DNA from: an uncultured Gammaproteobacteria bacterium
GTDB taxonomy: Bacteria > Patescibacteriota > Microgenomatia > Levybacterales > UBA12049
Direction: 5' to 3'
NCBI GenBank assembly: GCA_964613075.1
Contig: CAZTFV010000004.1
Coordinates: 1-32,769, forward strand
Length of the DNA: 32,769 nucleotides
In this document: piece after piece, positions 1-8,096 of the stretch
Position numbering within the stretch: the first letter of the stretch is position 1
How the letters are laid out: the number at the start of each line of letters is the position of its first letter
Notes under the pieces: model-generated
Database searches by the model: none
Seen by the model: the letters and a program-made list of their open reading frames with translations, nothing else
Told to the model about the DNA's origin: nothing
Translations under genes and position numbers: made by a program

Positions 1-1
1 T

Positions 2-55
2 CCTATATTCGATAATGCTAAGGACGCAATCGCATGGCTTCATAGGAAAGAATGA
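2..55 (+). CDS. 3' end of probable RelB/DinJ-type antitoxin (partial, runs off window start)
   Basis: Frame reads PIFDNAKDAIAWLHRKE*. Its TGA overlaps (ATGA, 52-55) the start of a RelE/YafQ-like ORF. Confidence 0.6.
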   Translation, partial: PIFDNAKDAIAWLHRKE

Positions 56-184
56 AAGCGCGCTATAGCCCGGACTTCTATAGGCAATACAAGAAAGCAG
101 ATATCATAATTCCCAACAGCGTTGACAAAAGAATAAAAATATTTATAAAGAATCCCCACGACCCACAAACAGCTCTATAAATGA
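52..184 (+). pseudogene. RelE/YafQ-family toxin, internally deleted and frameshifted
   Basis: N-terminus MKARYSPDFYRQYKKADIIIPNSVDKRIKIFIKNPHDPQ stops at 180. The family-typical C-terminus THKQLYK* is present in another frame (161-184), and the middle is absent. Confidence 0.65.
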
Positions 185-226
185 GTTTTACCGCAAATTT
201 GCAATTGCCCAGCTTTGCACGGTTTT

Positions 227-985
227 CTATTCTGGTCTAGAAAGGATTTCCTGAATCCTTCTTGTTCCTTCCACAAGTCTCGGACCGGGGCGGTTGAGCA
301 AGGCATCATCAACAGTGAATAATTTATGATTTTTGACTGCATCCAAAGACATCCAACCATCTCTTTCTAGTACAAGTTTACGATTGAACTTCTCGCCGAA
401 CCCACACCAATGAAAGAGCATAAGATCTGGATCGAAATCTTTTAGCTCTTCCAAGGAAAACTCCCGACTTTGTTTGCCGCTCTTCACCATGCCTTCTACG
501 CCGCCTGCGATCTCCACAAGCTCCGGTACCCAGTTCCCAGAAACCATCGGAGGTTTGTACCATTCTTCCATATAAACCTTAGGGCGGTTGGGGCGGTTTG
601 GGAGGTTAGGGCTGTTACGGAATTGAGCAAATTCTTGCTTCATTTTTTTAACAATTTCTTCTCCTTTCTTGAGGCTATTTGTACTTTCGGCAATGGTAAA
701 AATGTTTTCATAGACTTCTTGGAGTGTTTTTGCTGCAACGTGGACGATCTTTCCTGGCCCTTTCCATTCTCGCAAAGGAGGGGGTAAAAAGTATGACGTA
801 AAAATTAAGTCAGGAGAAAGATCATTGATCTTTTCTATCATCGGCGTTGTCCACCCGCCGAGCTTTGGTTTGCTATTTGCTTCTTTGGGGTAATCGCAAA
901 ACGCAGTTACACCGACTATCTGGTCGCCAAGCCCAAGAGCATAGAGAATTTCAGTGTTGGATGGAGCAAGCGAAACAAGCTTCAT
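227..985 (-). CDS. BtuF/TroA-like helical-backbone substrate-binding protein (cobalamin/iron-complex type), no signal peptide
   Basis: LVSLAPSNTEILYALG, VGVTAFCDYP and RPGPRLVEG motifs. Confidence 0.85.
   Translation of the reverse strand: MKLVSLAPSNTEILYALGLGDQIVGVTAFCDYPKEANSKPKLGGWTTPMIEKINDLSPDLIFTSYFLPPPLREWKGPGKIVHVAAKTLQEVYENIFTIAESTNSLKKGEEIVKKMKQEFAQFRNSPNLPNRPNRPKVYMEEWYKPPMVSGNWVPELVEIAGGVEGMVKSGKQSREFSLEELKDFDPDLMLFHWCGFGEKFNRKLVLERDGWMSLDAVKNHKLFTVDDALLNRPGPRLVEGTRRIQEILSRPE
582..617. repeat. 9-nt periodic array in frame in the BtuF-like gene (NSPNLPNRPNRP)
   Basis: gggcggttg gggcggttt gggaggtta gggctgtta. Confidence 0.75.
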
Positions 986-1464
986 GATGTGCCTTTTTTA
1001 TATTGCAGTCTTTGTTTGAAAAGATTCTCGCGAAAACCGCCTTCCGTAACAAATTTTGCTCTGAGCGCTTCGATTTGTCGGTTAAGGAGGTATGATGCCA
1101 TCTGGCAAAAGGTAAGGAGCATGTTGGCTGCTTCTTCGGGATTATTAGGGAGATTGGGGGTATTAGGTATATTAGGGCGGTCGTCTTTTCTCCAGGTAGA
1201 GAAACCTTTTTGTCTAAGGAAGTCCTCATAGTCAGCAGCTAATTCTTTGATCGATCCGTCAGCAACGCCGAGAAGCTTTATGTAGCCTTCAAGGCTTTGC
1301 ATGGTGTAGCCTTCTGCTATATTTTGCTTTCCGGATCGTGCCGCCTGTTCCATTTGGTCGTTGGTTCGGGAGTAAGGGGGGATAAAGCGTTTACAAAACT
1401 GTACCGTCAAATCATAAATCACCGTAGCAAGGACATAACAGTTGAGGTTTTTATACCCTTCCAT
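982..1464 (-). CDS. Four-helix-bundle protein (TIGR02436-like) with four-helix-bundle suffix domain (TIGR04258-like)
   Basis: RTNDQMEQAARSGKQNIAEG and ELAADYEDFLRQ motifs, with suffix AANMLL...LLNRQIEAL...FVTEGGFRENLF. ATGA overlap with the downstream gene. Confidence 0.88.
   Translation of the reverse strand: MEGYKNLNCYVLATVIYDLTVQFCKRFIPPYSRTNDQMEQAARSGKQNIAEGYTMQSLEGYIKLLGVADGSIKELAADYEDFLRQKGFSTWRKDDRPNIPNTPNLPNNPEEAANMLLTFCQMASYLLNRQIEALRAKFVTEGGFRENLFKQRLQYKKGTS
1138..1182. repeat. 9-nt periodic array in frame in the four-helix-bundle gene (RPNIPNTPNLPNNP)
   Basis: gggattatt agggagatt gggggtatt aggtatatt agggcggtc. Confidence 0.8.
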
Positions 1465-1505
1465 GAGAAAATTATAACAGAGCAGGTCAGGCAGATGGTA
1501 AGAAG

Positions 1506-1934
1506 CTATTCGCCAACCTGATCGAGAGGTCCTTCAATAGAGTATACATCTCCCCAGACATTCTGATTAGCATAAAAAGGATGTTCCCCACTATCAATCC
1601 TACGCAAAAAAGCCTTTTCAAACCCCTGCATATGAGCTGCGATAATATGAGCCTGCGGTGCGCAAGGAAACCCCATTGTAGTTGCAAAATCGACGACATC
1701 ACCGTGAGTAGAGAGGACACCACCATTGTAGCGATAGGGCTCGTGACCGATAACGCGGCCATCTTGGTCTACCTCAATGCCGTCCTGACCGTTTCTCCCG
1801 CCATAGCTTAAATGGCAAATAACTCGTCGTTGAGGCGTTTGTCCTAATTCTTTTGCTCGGTGAACAATGGAAAATGTAGCTTTCCATCCATCTGGAAGTA
1901 TGCCTGTTCGTAATTCGGCCAACGGTGCTCCCAT
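1506..1934 (-). CDS. Hypothetical protein
   Basis: Longest ORF in the gap (142 aa from the ATG at 1934), co-oriented with its neighbours. No motif recognised. Confidence 0.55.
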   Translation of the reverse strand: MGAPLAELRTGILPDGWKATFSIVHRAKELGQTPQRRVICHLSYGGRNGQDGIEVDQDGRVIGHEPYRYNGGVLSTHGDVVDFATTMGFPCAPQAHIIAAHMQGFEKAFLRRIDSGEHPFYANQNVWGDVYSIEGPLDQVGE

Positions 1935-1986
1935 AGAAGTATAACTCAACAATAATTATATATTTTCCTGACAATTTTGTAAATAT

Positions 1987-2014
1987 ATATACTAAATGTA
2001 TACATTTAGTATAT
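1987..2014. promoter_or_regulatory. Perfect 28-bp palindrome in an AT-rich divergent intergenic region
   Basis: atatactaaatgta|tacatttagtatat. The symmetry is certain, the function is not. Confidence 0.5.
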
Positions 2015-2114
2015 TTTTGATTATTACAAATAATATATAAGTATTCTTTATTATCACTCAAAAGACTGATAAGTATCAAATAGTCTTAAAGATATACATG
2101 TCAATAAGGCTCAA

Positions 2115-2143
2115 TAGCCATAGATACAAAAGTCCTGTATAAT
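2115..2143 (+). promoter_or_regulatory. Putative sigma70 promoter for the tRNA pair
   Basis: TAGCCA-17 nt-TATAAT, 27 nt upstream of tRNA-Pro. Confidence 0.55.
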
Positions 2144-2170
2144 ATGAAGACAAATTCTGCTTTGCAAAAA

Positions 2171-2242
2171 CGGGGTGTAGGTCATCGGTAGACCGCGCGA
2201 TTCGGGTTCGTGAAGTAGGAGGTTCAATTCCTCTCACCCCGA
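2171..2242 (+). tRNA. tRNA-Pro (anticodon CGG)
   Basis: Acceptor cggggtg/caccccg, D arm ggtc/gacc, anticodon stem cgcga/tcgtg with loop ttCGGgt, T arm ggagg-ttcaatt-cctct. CCA not encoded. Confidence 0.93.
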
Positions 2243-2274
2243 CAAAACAACTCTATTTTGCAGTGGAGCATTCT

Positions 2275-2346
2275 GTCCCTGTAGCTCAATGGATAGAGCA
2301 GCGCACTCCTAAGGCGCCGATGGAGGTTCGATTCCTCTCGGGGATA
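2275..2346 (+). tRNA. tRNA-Arg (anticodon CCT)
   Basis: Acceptor gtccctg/cggggat, D arm gctc/gagc, loop ctCCTaa, T arm ggagg-ttcgatt-cctct. CCA not encoded. Confidence 0.93.
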
Positions 2347-2388
2347 CTCAGAACTTGACGATTGAAGATGGAATGCCGTCTAGTCATT

Positions 2389-3084
2389 ATGCAACGTTCC
2401 GAGAAAATAAAATTCCTTGTTCTCCGTTCAATCGGCAATTTCCTCGTTCTCATGAGTATCTACGCTGTCTTCGCGACCTTTGGGCCGGCTGCATGGTATG
2501 AGGTGAAGTTCAATATCCTCAAAGCGCGCGGAATTCACTACACAGTGGCACAAGTCACAGCGCCGCAACAAGAGCAGAGTGAAAGTGGCTTGACCCTGCA
2601 ATCTGTTCTTGATTCGCAAACAACACAAACTATTATCCCCAAAAACACGGACTTTTCAATCGTCATACCCAAAATCGGCGCCTCCTCAAAGGTAATCCCA
2701 AATGTTGATTCCACAGACCCCGCGGTATTTAGACCCGCCTTAATGGAAGGGGTAGCACACGCCAAAGGCACTGTTTTTCCTGGGCTTGCCGGCAACACGT
2801 ACATCTTTGCTCATTCTACCGATAACTGGTGGAACGTAGGCCGCTACAATGCCGTGTTTTACCTTCTCAAGGACCTCGCGCCTGGCGATGATATTGTCGT
2901 GTTTTTTGAGGGCAGACGGTATAACTATGTCGTTGAGAGGAAATTCATTGCAGATCCGTCTGAGGTTAGTCTTCTCATCAATAGCCACGGCGGCCCGGAG
3001 CAACTCGTCCTGCAGACTTGCTGGCCGCCCGGGACCACGTGGAAACGCATCTTTGTTATAGCAAAGCCGAAGTCCTCAACATAA
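2389..3084 (+). CDS. Sortase family protein
   Basis: N-terminal TM helix. GNTYIFAHS (His), LQTCWPPG (Cys) and downstream Arg form the triad. ATG 2389 preferred over TTG 2362. Confidence 0.92.
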   Translation: MQRSEKIKFLVLRSIGNFLVLMSIYAVFATFGPAAWYEVKFNILKARGIHYTVAQVTAPQQEQSESGLTLQSVLDSQTTQTIIPKNTDFSIVIPKIGASSKVIPNVDSTDPAVFRPALMEGVAHAKGTVFPGLAGNTYIFAHSTDNWWNVGRYNAVFYLLKDLAPGDDIVVFFEGRRYNYVVERKFIADPSEVSLLINSHGGPEQLVLQTCWPPGTTWKRIFVIAKPKSST

Positions 3085-3085
3085 C

Positions 3086-4366
3086 TTATTTTAGTGAGAC
3101 CGTATACAAGTTCGGAGGGATATTCTGGTTGCCCAGATTCGTGAGCACGATGATCTTTGATCCATTGGGCCAGGGGAAGACGTAGTTATCAATAAATGGC
3201 CCAGCGTAAATCGTGGTTTGATTTGCCCCATCATACTCAACAATATCAATCTTATTGTCATGAACATAGATGAGATGCTTTGAATCAGGGAACCAGGAGA
3301 CAGGTAAGCGGCATTGTTCAAGTTCTATTGCGCAGTATCCAGTCAAATCATCAAGCAGCTTCCAATTCGTATCCTCCTTACTATCGTAAATATATACGCT
3401 TCCGCCTGATATAGTTCGTTGTTCTTTGAGATTGTTAATACCGATGAGTCGAGGCTTGATAATAAGTGGCAATGTGCTGTCTTTTTTGGCTTTATAAAGG
3501 ATTTTCGTGTCATCCGGTGACCAGGCAAGGATAGTAAAATAGTCCCTGATCATCTTCTGCAGCAGTTTTTTCAAGCCATCCATTCTCGCTTTTTCCCTCA
3601 AGGCTTTTTCATTTTGCCACGTCTCCTCAACCGATGCCAAAATCGCCGTAACATCCTGGGGTGCCTCGTTAAAGGTTCCCGCATCCAAGAGGTAATAGCT
3701 TGTGATTAATGCACTTGAGACAGACGCGATCATCTGGTCACCATCCGGTGACCAGGTATAGCTGGCTTTCGAAAAGGTATTCACCGTATCATCGACTATT
3801 TGCTTGACCGTACCCTTAAGGGCAAGGACAGGGTTGGCGCTGGTGTCAAAGACATACATACCGTTTTTGCGGGTGTTTTGGGATGAAATGCGATAGGCAA
3901 TTTTTGTGCTTGAGGCGTCCATAATCGGATTATCAACACCCGTTGCGGTAATACTCTCAAGCTTTGGGGCTGTTGGGAAAAGAAGCGCCTCAGCCTTGAT
4001 GACTTCCTCTTTTTGAATCCTGACTCTTTTTTCCCAGGGAAAATAGCCGTCTTTTTGTATCTTGATCGCATACTCCCCCGGCGTCAGATTAATCGTGTTA
4101 TCTGTCGCCGTTGTCAAATGGTCATTCACAAAAACTTGTGCCCCGTTTGGCAGACTGGTTGCAACCAAAATGCCGGTTTTTGCTACTTCCGGCTTACCGT
4201 CGTCATAGGAGAAGCGATACCCGCGGCCGTAAAGGACAGCAAAGACTGTACCTGCCGCAAGGAAAAAAAGAACGGCAAGTGAAAAAAACAGTTGCTTGCG
4301 AAAAGCATTGAGGGGATGGGAGGAGGAAGAGTATTTGTGGTTATTGGTATGGATTGATGCTGCCAT
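3086..4366 (-). CDS. Membrane-anchored PEGA-domain protein with TolB-like beta-propeller
   Basis: TM helix, then TSLPNGAQVFVND...LTPGEYAIKIQKDGYFPWEK (PEGA), then WSPD/WFPD repeats. Start uncertain. Confidence 0.85.
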   Translation of the reverse strand: MAASIHTNNHKYSSSSHPLNAFRKQLFFSLAVLFFLAAGTVFAVLYGRGYRFSYDDGKPEVAKTGILVATSLPNGAQVFVNDHLTTATDNTINLTPGEYAIKIQKDGYFPWEKRVRIQKEEVIKAEALLFPTAPKLESITATGVDNPIMDASSTKIAYRISSQNTRKNGMYVFDTSANPVLALKGTVKQIVDDTVNTFSKASYTWSPDGDQMIASVSSALITSYYLLDAGTFNEAPQDVTAILASVEETWQNEKALREKARMDGLKKLLQKMIRDYFTILAWSPDDTKILYKAKKDSTLPLIIKPRLIGINNLKEQRTISGGSVYIYDSKEDTNWKLLDDLTGYCAIELEQCRLPVSWFPDSKHLIYVHDNKIDIVEYDGANQTTIYAGPFIDNYVFPWPNGSKIIVLTNLGNQNIPPNLYTVSLK

Positions 4367-4391
4367 AGTCGGAAAAAACTAAGCCAGAGTA

Positions 4392-4444
4392 ATTATACAT
4401 GCTACATACTACCACTTGCAACAAAGTCTCAGGCTGAATATAAT
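4392..4444. promoter_or_regulatory. Putative divergent sigma70 promoters sharing one palindromic -35 (TTGCAA 4416-4421)
   Basis: + strand: TTGCAA-17-TATAAT (4439-4444). - strand: TTGCAA-18-TATAAT (4397-4392). Confidence 0.55.
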
Positions 4445-4504
4445 CGATGATAAAGCAGGCCAAACGGAAAAATGATAATGTTTGATAGTAGTTTGATCGC
4501 TTTA

Positions 4505-4544
4505 TAAGTTACCTAAGTGACTTAAGTTACCTAAGTTACTTATG
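4505..4544. repeat. TAAGTTACC-family 9-mer array upstream of mreB
   Basis: taagttacc taagtgact taagttacc taagttact tatg. Confidence 0.9.
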
Positions 4545-4554
4545 AAAACTCACC

Positions 4555-5589
4555 ATGATTTCTTTTTCACTGCCTACCTCAAAAAGAATCGGCATCGATT
4601 TAGGAACCGCCAATACACTGGTGTATCTTGTGGGAGAAGGAATTGTGCTTAATGAACCAACGGTTGTTGCCGTAACCGCAGAAGATAACCGCGTCGTCGC
4701 GGTTGGTAAAGAAGCCAAAGACATGCTCGGCCGCACACCCGGCAACATAGTCGCACAGCGGCCCCTGCGAGAGGGCGTGATTGCAGACTATACTATAACC
4801 GAAGCAATGCTGAGCTATTTTATCGACAAAGCTTGTGGCAGATCACGCTTCCTCAAGCCCGAAGTCATGGTCTGTATCCCCTCAGGCGTTACACAAGTTG
4901 AGAGGCGAGCAGTGCTGGATGCGACGATGTCAGCTGGTGCCAAAGTTGCCTATCTGATCGATGAGCCCCTTGCCGCCGCAATTGGCGCAAATGTCCCTAT
5001 TGCCCAGCCTGCCGGGCATATGATTGTCAATATAGGCGGTGGTTCCACAGAATCAGCCGTCATCTCTCTTGGCGGGGTAGTCGTCCATAGCTCTGTGAGA
5101 GTTGCAGGTAATAAGATTGATGAAGCAATTACTCGCTATGTTCAAAAAAAATTCAATCTCCTGATAGGCGAAACAACAGCAGAGATGATAAAGATTGAGC
5201 TGGGGAATGCAGTCGTTGAGGACGGGAAAAAGGAAGATGTAAAGAGCAGGGAAATTCGTGGCCGCGACAATGTAACCGGCCTGCCTCGGACGATTACGCT
5301 TACAGAAGCCCAGGTCAACGAAGCCGTAAAACCCGTGCTTATTGAGATCATCCAAGGTCCCAAACAGGTTTTGGAGCAATGCCCGCCCGAGCTGGCAGCA
5401 GATATTATTGACAAAGGTATTATCATGAGCGGAGGGACTTCTTTGTTAGCGAATTTGGATAAGCTGATGACGGAAATCACCGGCGTGCCCTGTCACGTCG
5501 CCGAAGACGCACTGCTTTGCGTAGCCCGAGGAACAGGTGTTGCGATGGAGAATATTGAGCTGTATAAGCGGGGAATCAACCGTAGATAA
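4555..5589 (+). CDS. mreB: Rod shape-determining actin-like protein MreB
   Basis: IGIDLGTANT, RPLREGVIADY, IDEPLAAAIGA and IGGGSTE motifs. Confidence 0.97.
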   Translation: MISFSLPTSKRIGIDLGTANTLVYLVGEGIVLNEPTVVAVTAEDNRVVAVGKEAKDMLGRTPGNIVAQRPLREGVIADYTITEAMLSYFIDKACGRSRFLKPEVMVCIPSGVTQVERRAVLDATMSAGAKVAYLIDEPLAAAIGANVPIAQPAGHMIVNIGGGSTESAVISLGGVVVHSSVRVAGNKIDEAITRYVQKKFNLLIGETTAEMIKIELGNAVVEDGKKEDVKSREIRGRDNVTGLPRTITLTEAQVNEAVKPVLIEIIQGPKQVLEQCPPELAADIIDKGIIMSGGTSLLANLDKLMTEITGVPCHVAEDALLCVARGTGVAMENIELYKRGINRR

Positions 5590-5710
5590 ATTGACCTAAT
5601 TGCTCTAATTAACCTAATTTCTAAAAAAGCACCAATGCAAAATGTTTAAAAGACTTTAGATAAATTGGGATTTGATTAGGTCAATTAGGAATTAGAATAA
5701 TTAGAAATTT
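5590..5710. repeat. Two-armed 9-mer element (TTGACCTAA units, then their reverse complement)
   Basis: Left arm ttgacctaa ttgctctaa ttaacctaa tttctaa. Right arm attaggtca attagga attagaata attagaaat. Confidence 0.75.
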
Positions 5711-5949
5711 TATATGTTGTCCTATATTAACCAAATTTATCTTTCAGCTTCAATTAAAACCTACTGTGAAGCATTGTTTTTCACGCTTGAGTAGTGCTAT
5801 AGTACTATATCTTATTGACAGCAAGAATTTGGCGTATATTTAGCCATAGGAAGAAAAAATTATAGCTAAAAATTGCACAGAAAAAGTAAACAAAATTTAA
5901 TAAAAAGAAAGGAAGATTTTCAACAAAAAGGTAATATAGTAGGTAAAAT

Positions 5950-6681
5950 ATGTTAGCAAAAAATGTGCTACTGGGTGTAGGGATCACAAACGAAACGAAA
6001 GAAAATATCCTGGAGTATATATTCAAAAATCTGGAAAAAAATGCAGATCCTTCTTTTATCGTCACTCCGAATCCTGAGATTCTAGTTTTTGCCCACAAAC
6101 ACAAATCGTTTCGAGCAATACTCAACAAGGCTGATTTAGCCTTGCCAGACGGGGTAGGGATCATACTAGCAGGCAAATTTTTGGGTAAACCCGTAAAAGA
6201 GAGGCTAAGCGGCACTGATCTTATGGATGCGATTTGTAAAGAGAGTGCCAAAAAGCCTATAACAGTGGGATTTTTGGGAGGCAGGCAAAACGTAGCAGTC
6301 CGAACCGCAGACTGCTTGAGAGAAAAGTACCCGGGACTCTACATAGGTTTTGCCGCAGAGGAATGGGATGATAAGTTACCTAAGTTACCTAAGGCACCTA
6401 TGTTGGACGTACTCTTCATCGCCTTCGGTTTCCCAAAGCAGGAGGAGTGGATGGCAGCACGCGTCGGTAAAATTCCTGTGCAAGTGATGATAGGAGTCGG
6501 CGGCGCCTTTGATTACTTTTCAGGCCGCATCTCCCGCGCACCAAGGTTTGTCCGTTCTCTCGGCTTAGAATGGTTGTATCGTCTCATCCGCCAGCCATGG
6601 AGAATAAAACGCCAGCTGGCATTGATCGAGTTTGTGATACTCCTTTTCAAGGAGCGATTTGGGATGTCATCCTCGACTTGA
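5950..6681 (+). CDS. WecB/TagA/CpsF-family glycosyltransferase (GT26)
   Basis: IVTPNPE, LPDGVG, GFPKQEEW, GVGGAFD and GLEWLYRL motifs. Confidence 0.95.
   Translation: MLAKNVLLGVGITNETKENILEYIFKNLEKNADPSFIVTPNPEILVFAHKHKSFRAILNKADLALPDGVGIILAGKFLGKPVKERLSGTDLMDAICKESAKKPITVGFLGGRQNVAVRTADCLREKYPGLYIGFAAEEWDDKLPKLPKAPMLDVLFIAFGFPKQEEWMAARVGKIPVQVMIGVGGAFDYFSGRISRAPRFVRSLGLEWLYRLIRQPWRIKRQLALIEFVILLFKERFGMSSST
6372..6402. repeat. TAAGTTACC-family array in frame in the GT26 gene (KLPKLPKAP)
   Basis: taagttacc taagttacc taaggcacc tatg. Confidence 0.85.
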
Positions 6682-6691
6682 TCGAGGATCT
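6665..6691. repeat. GTCAT-type palindromic half-element carrying the GT26 stop codon
   Basis: tgtc atcctcga cttga tcgaggat ct, with TGA at 6679-6681. Confidence 0.7.
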
Positions 6692-6699
6692 GATTCAAC

Positions 6700-6796
6700 A
6701 GGCTTGATCTATCTTCCAATTTCCAACTTCAAGATACGTTCATGAAACTGAACGTATCAAGATCCAACTTCTAGCATCCAGCGTCTAGCCTCAACA
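6700..6796 (-). repeat. Heptamer-arm element copy 1 (partial); 97-bp inverted repeat of 12936-13032
   Basis: Reverse complement matches 12936-13032 at 96/97 positions. Contains hairpin gatacgttca-tgaaac-tgaacgtatc. Confidence 0.95.
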
Positions 6797-6888
6797 TAAA
6801 AGATCACTATTCAGATTAATTCGGACTAATTTCATTGGGATGAATTCGGATTAAATTCTTACTTGAATTATTGTAAAAAACAGTCTTA

Positions 6889-6897
6889 TGCTATAAT
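6889..6897 (+). promoter_or_regulatory. Putative extended -10 promoter for the glycosyltransferase operon
   Basis: TGcTATAAT 9 nt before ATG 6907, implying a nearly leaderless transcript. Confidence 0.5.
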
Positions 6898-6906
6898 GGC
6901 GCGAAT

Positions 6907-8091
6907 ATGCAGTTAAAAAGAAAACGTCGGGTCTTAATGCTCTACGATTTTCCTATAAAAGGCGGTGGGTCAGGTGCGTATGTAAAATATCTTACCCTAA
7001 GGCTCAAAGAAAGCAAGAAATATGAGATCGCCGTGGCCTTGCCTGACAGGACAGAGATAGATCCAAGCCTTAAGCAATACTATATCAAACTACCCCAGAT
7101 ACCGGTCTTTATTGGAAGACCCGGCCTTGAGAAGTCAAAAAAGTATAGCGAGCTAACGCGCCAGGAAATTACCGATTTCTATACTGCTTTCCTTAAAGAA
7201 ACGATCAGGATTGTCGAAGACTTTAGGCCGGAGATTATCCACGTCCATCATTTACTTGTTAATGGCTGGGTGGCAGACTTTATCCGAGGAGTCTATGGTA
7301 TTAAATATGTAATAACCTCCCACGGTAGTTGTCTTCAGGCAGTTAACCAGGACCGCCGCTACTTCCGAAAGACCCGCGAAGCGCTGCGCGCAGCCGATGC
7401 CATCACAGTCGTTTCAGGAGATACAAGGGCAAAACTCCTACGGATGTTTGGCTCAGACCTGCAAAAAAAAACTCGCACTATCCCGGGTGGAATCAGGCTT
7501 TCCCTATTTCCTGGAAAGATGAAAAAAAACGATCTGGACGATCTATCCGAAAAGCTAAATATAAAGAGCAATAAAATAGCACTATTCACCGGTCGGCTTA
7601 TTAACGAAAAGGGAATTGATTATCTGGTCAAAGCAGCAAGTAAAATAAACGGCGATGTTGTTATAGCAGGCGATGGACCACAAAAAAAGCGTCTTGAGCA
7701 AATGATAAAAGACCGAAAATTAGTCAATGTCCATCTTCTTGGCCATTTCGATTATCTGACCCTCATAAAACTCTATTACTTGGCCACGGTCTTTGTCGCG
7801 CCTGCTGTGTGGGACGAGCCACTCGGATTAACTATCATAGAGGCAATGGCAGCGGGGAAACCGGTTATCGTCACGAGAAGGGGTGGAGTAACGATGGCTG
7901 TCAAAGATGGACAAAATGGGTTCTTCGTGAAATCACGAAACGCTTCCGACATCGCCGAAAAAGTAAATAAGCTTTTTGCTAATACCTCTCTGGCAAAGCG
8001 CATGGGTGAGAATGCCCGAAAAGTTGTTGAAGAGAGATTTACTTGGAAAAAAATCGCCAAGAAGTTTGACACGCTATATAGTAAAATGTAG
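6907..8091 (+). CDS. Glycosyltransferase family 4 protein
   Basis: FTGRLINEKG and EPLGLTIIEAMAAG (EX7E) motifs. Confidence 0.93.
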   Translation: MQLKRKRRVLMLYDFPIKGGGSGAYVKYLTLRLKESKKYEIAVALPDRTEIDPSLKQYYIKLPQIPVFIGRPGLEKSKKYSELTRQEITDFYTAFLKETIRIVEDFRPEIIHVHHLLVNGWVADFIRGVYGIKYVITSHGSCLQAVNQDRRYFRKTREALRAADAITVVSGDTRAKLLRMFGSDLQKKTRTIPGGIRLSLFPGKMKKNDLDDLSEKLNIKSNKIALFTGRLINEKGIDYLVKAASKINGDVVIAGDGPQKKRLEQMIKDRKLVNVHLLGHFDYLTLIKLYYLATVFVAPAVWDEPLGLTIIEAMAAGKPVIVTRRGGVTMAVKDGQNGFFVKSRNASDIAEKVNKLFANTSLAKRMGENARKVVEERFTWKKIAKKFDTLYSKM

Positions 8092-8096
8092 GAGAC

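Noticed and set aside
982-1464. Diversity-generating retroelement (Avd-like protein)
   Set aside because: No reverse transcriptase is present and no TR/VR pair with adenine-specific mismatches was seen. The 97-bp pair is inverted, intergenic and differs at one base.
2171-2346. tRNA-anchored integrated element
   Set aside because: No integrase and no duplicated tRNA 3' end was noticed in the window. The shared T-arm is just similarity between the two tRNAs.
5805-6251. 148-aa minus-strand ORF and the other antisense ORFs in the track
   Set aside because: They are shadows of well-supported genes or of A-rich intergenic DNA.
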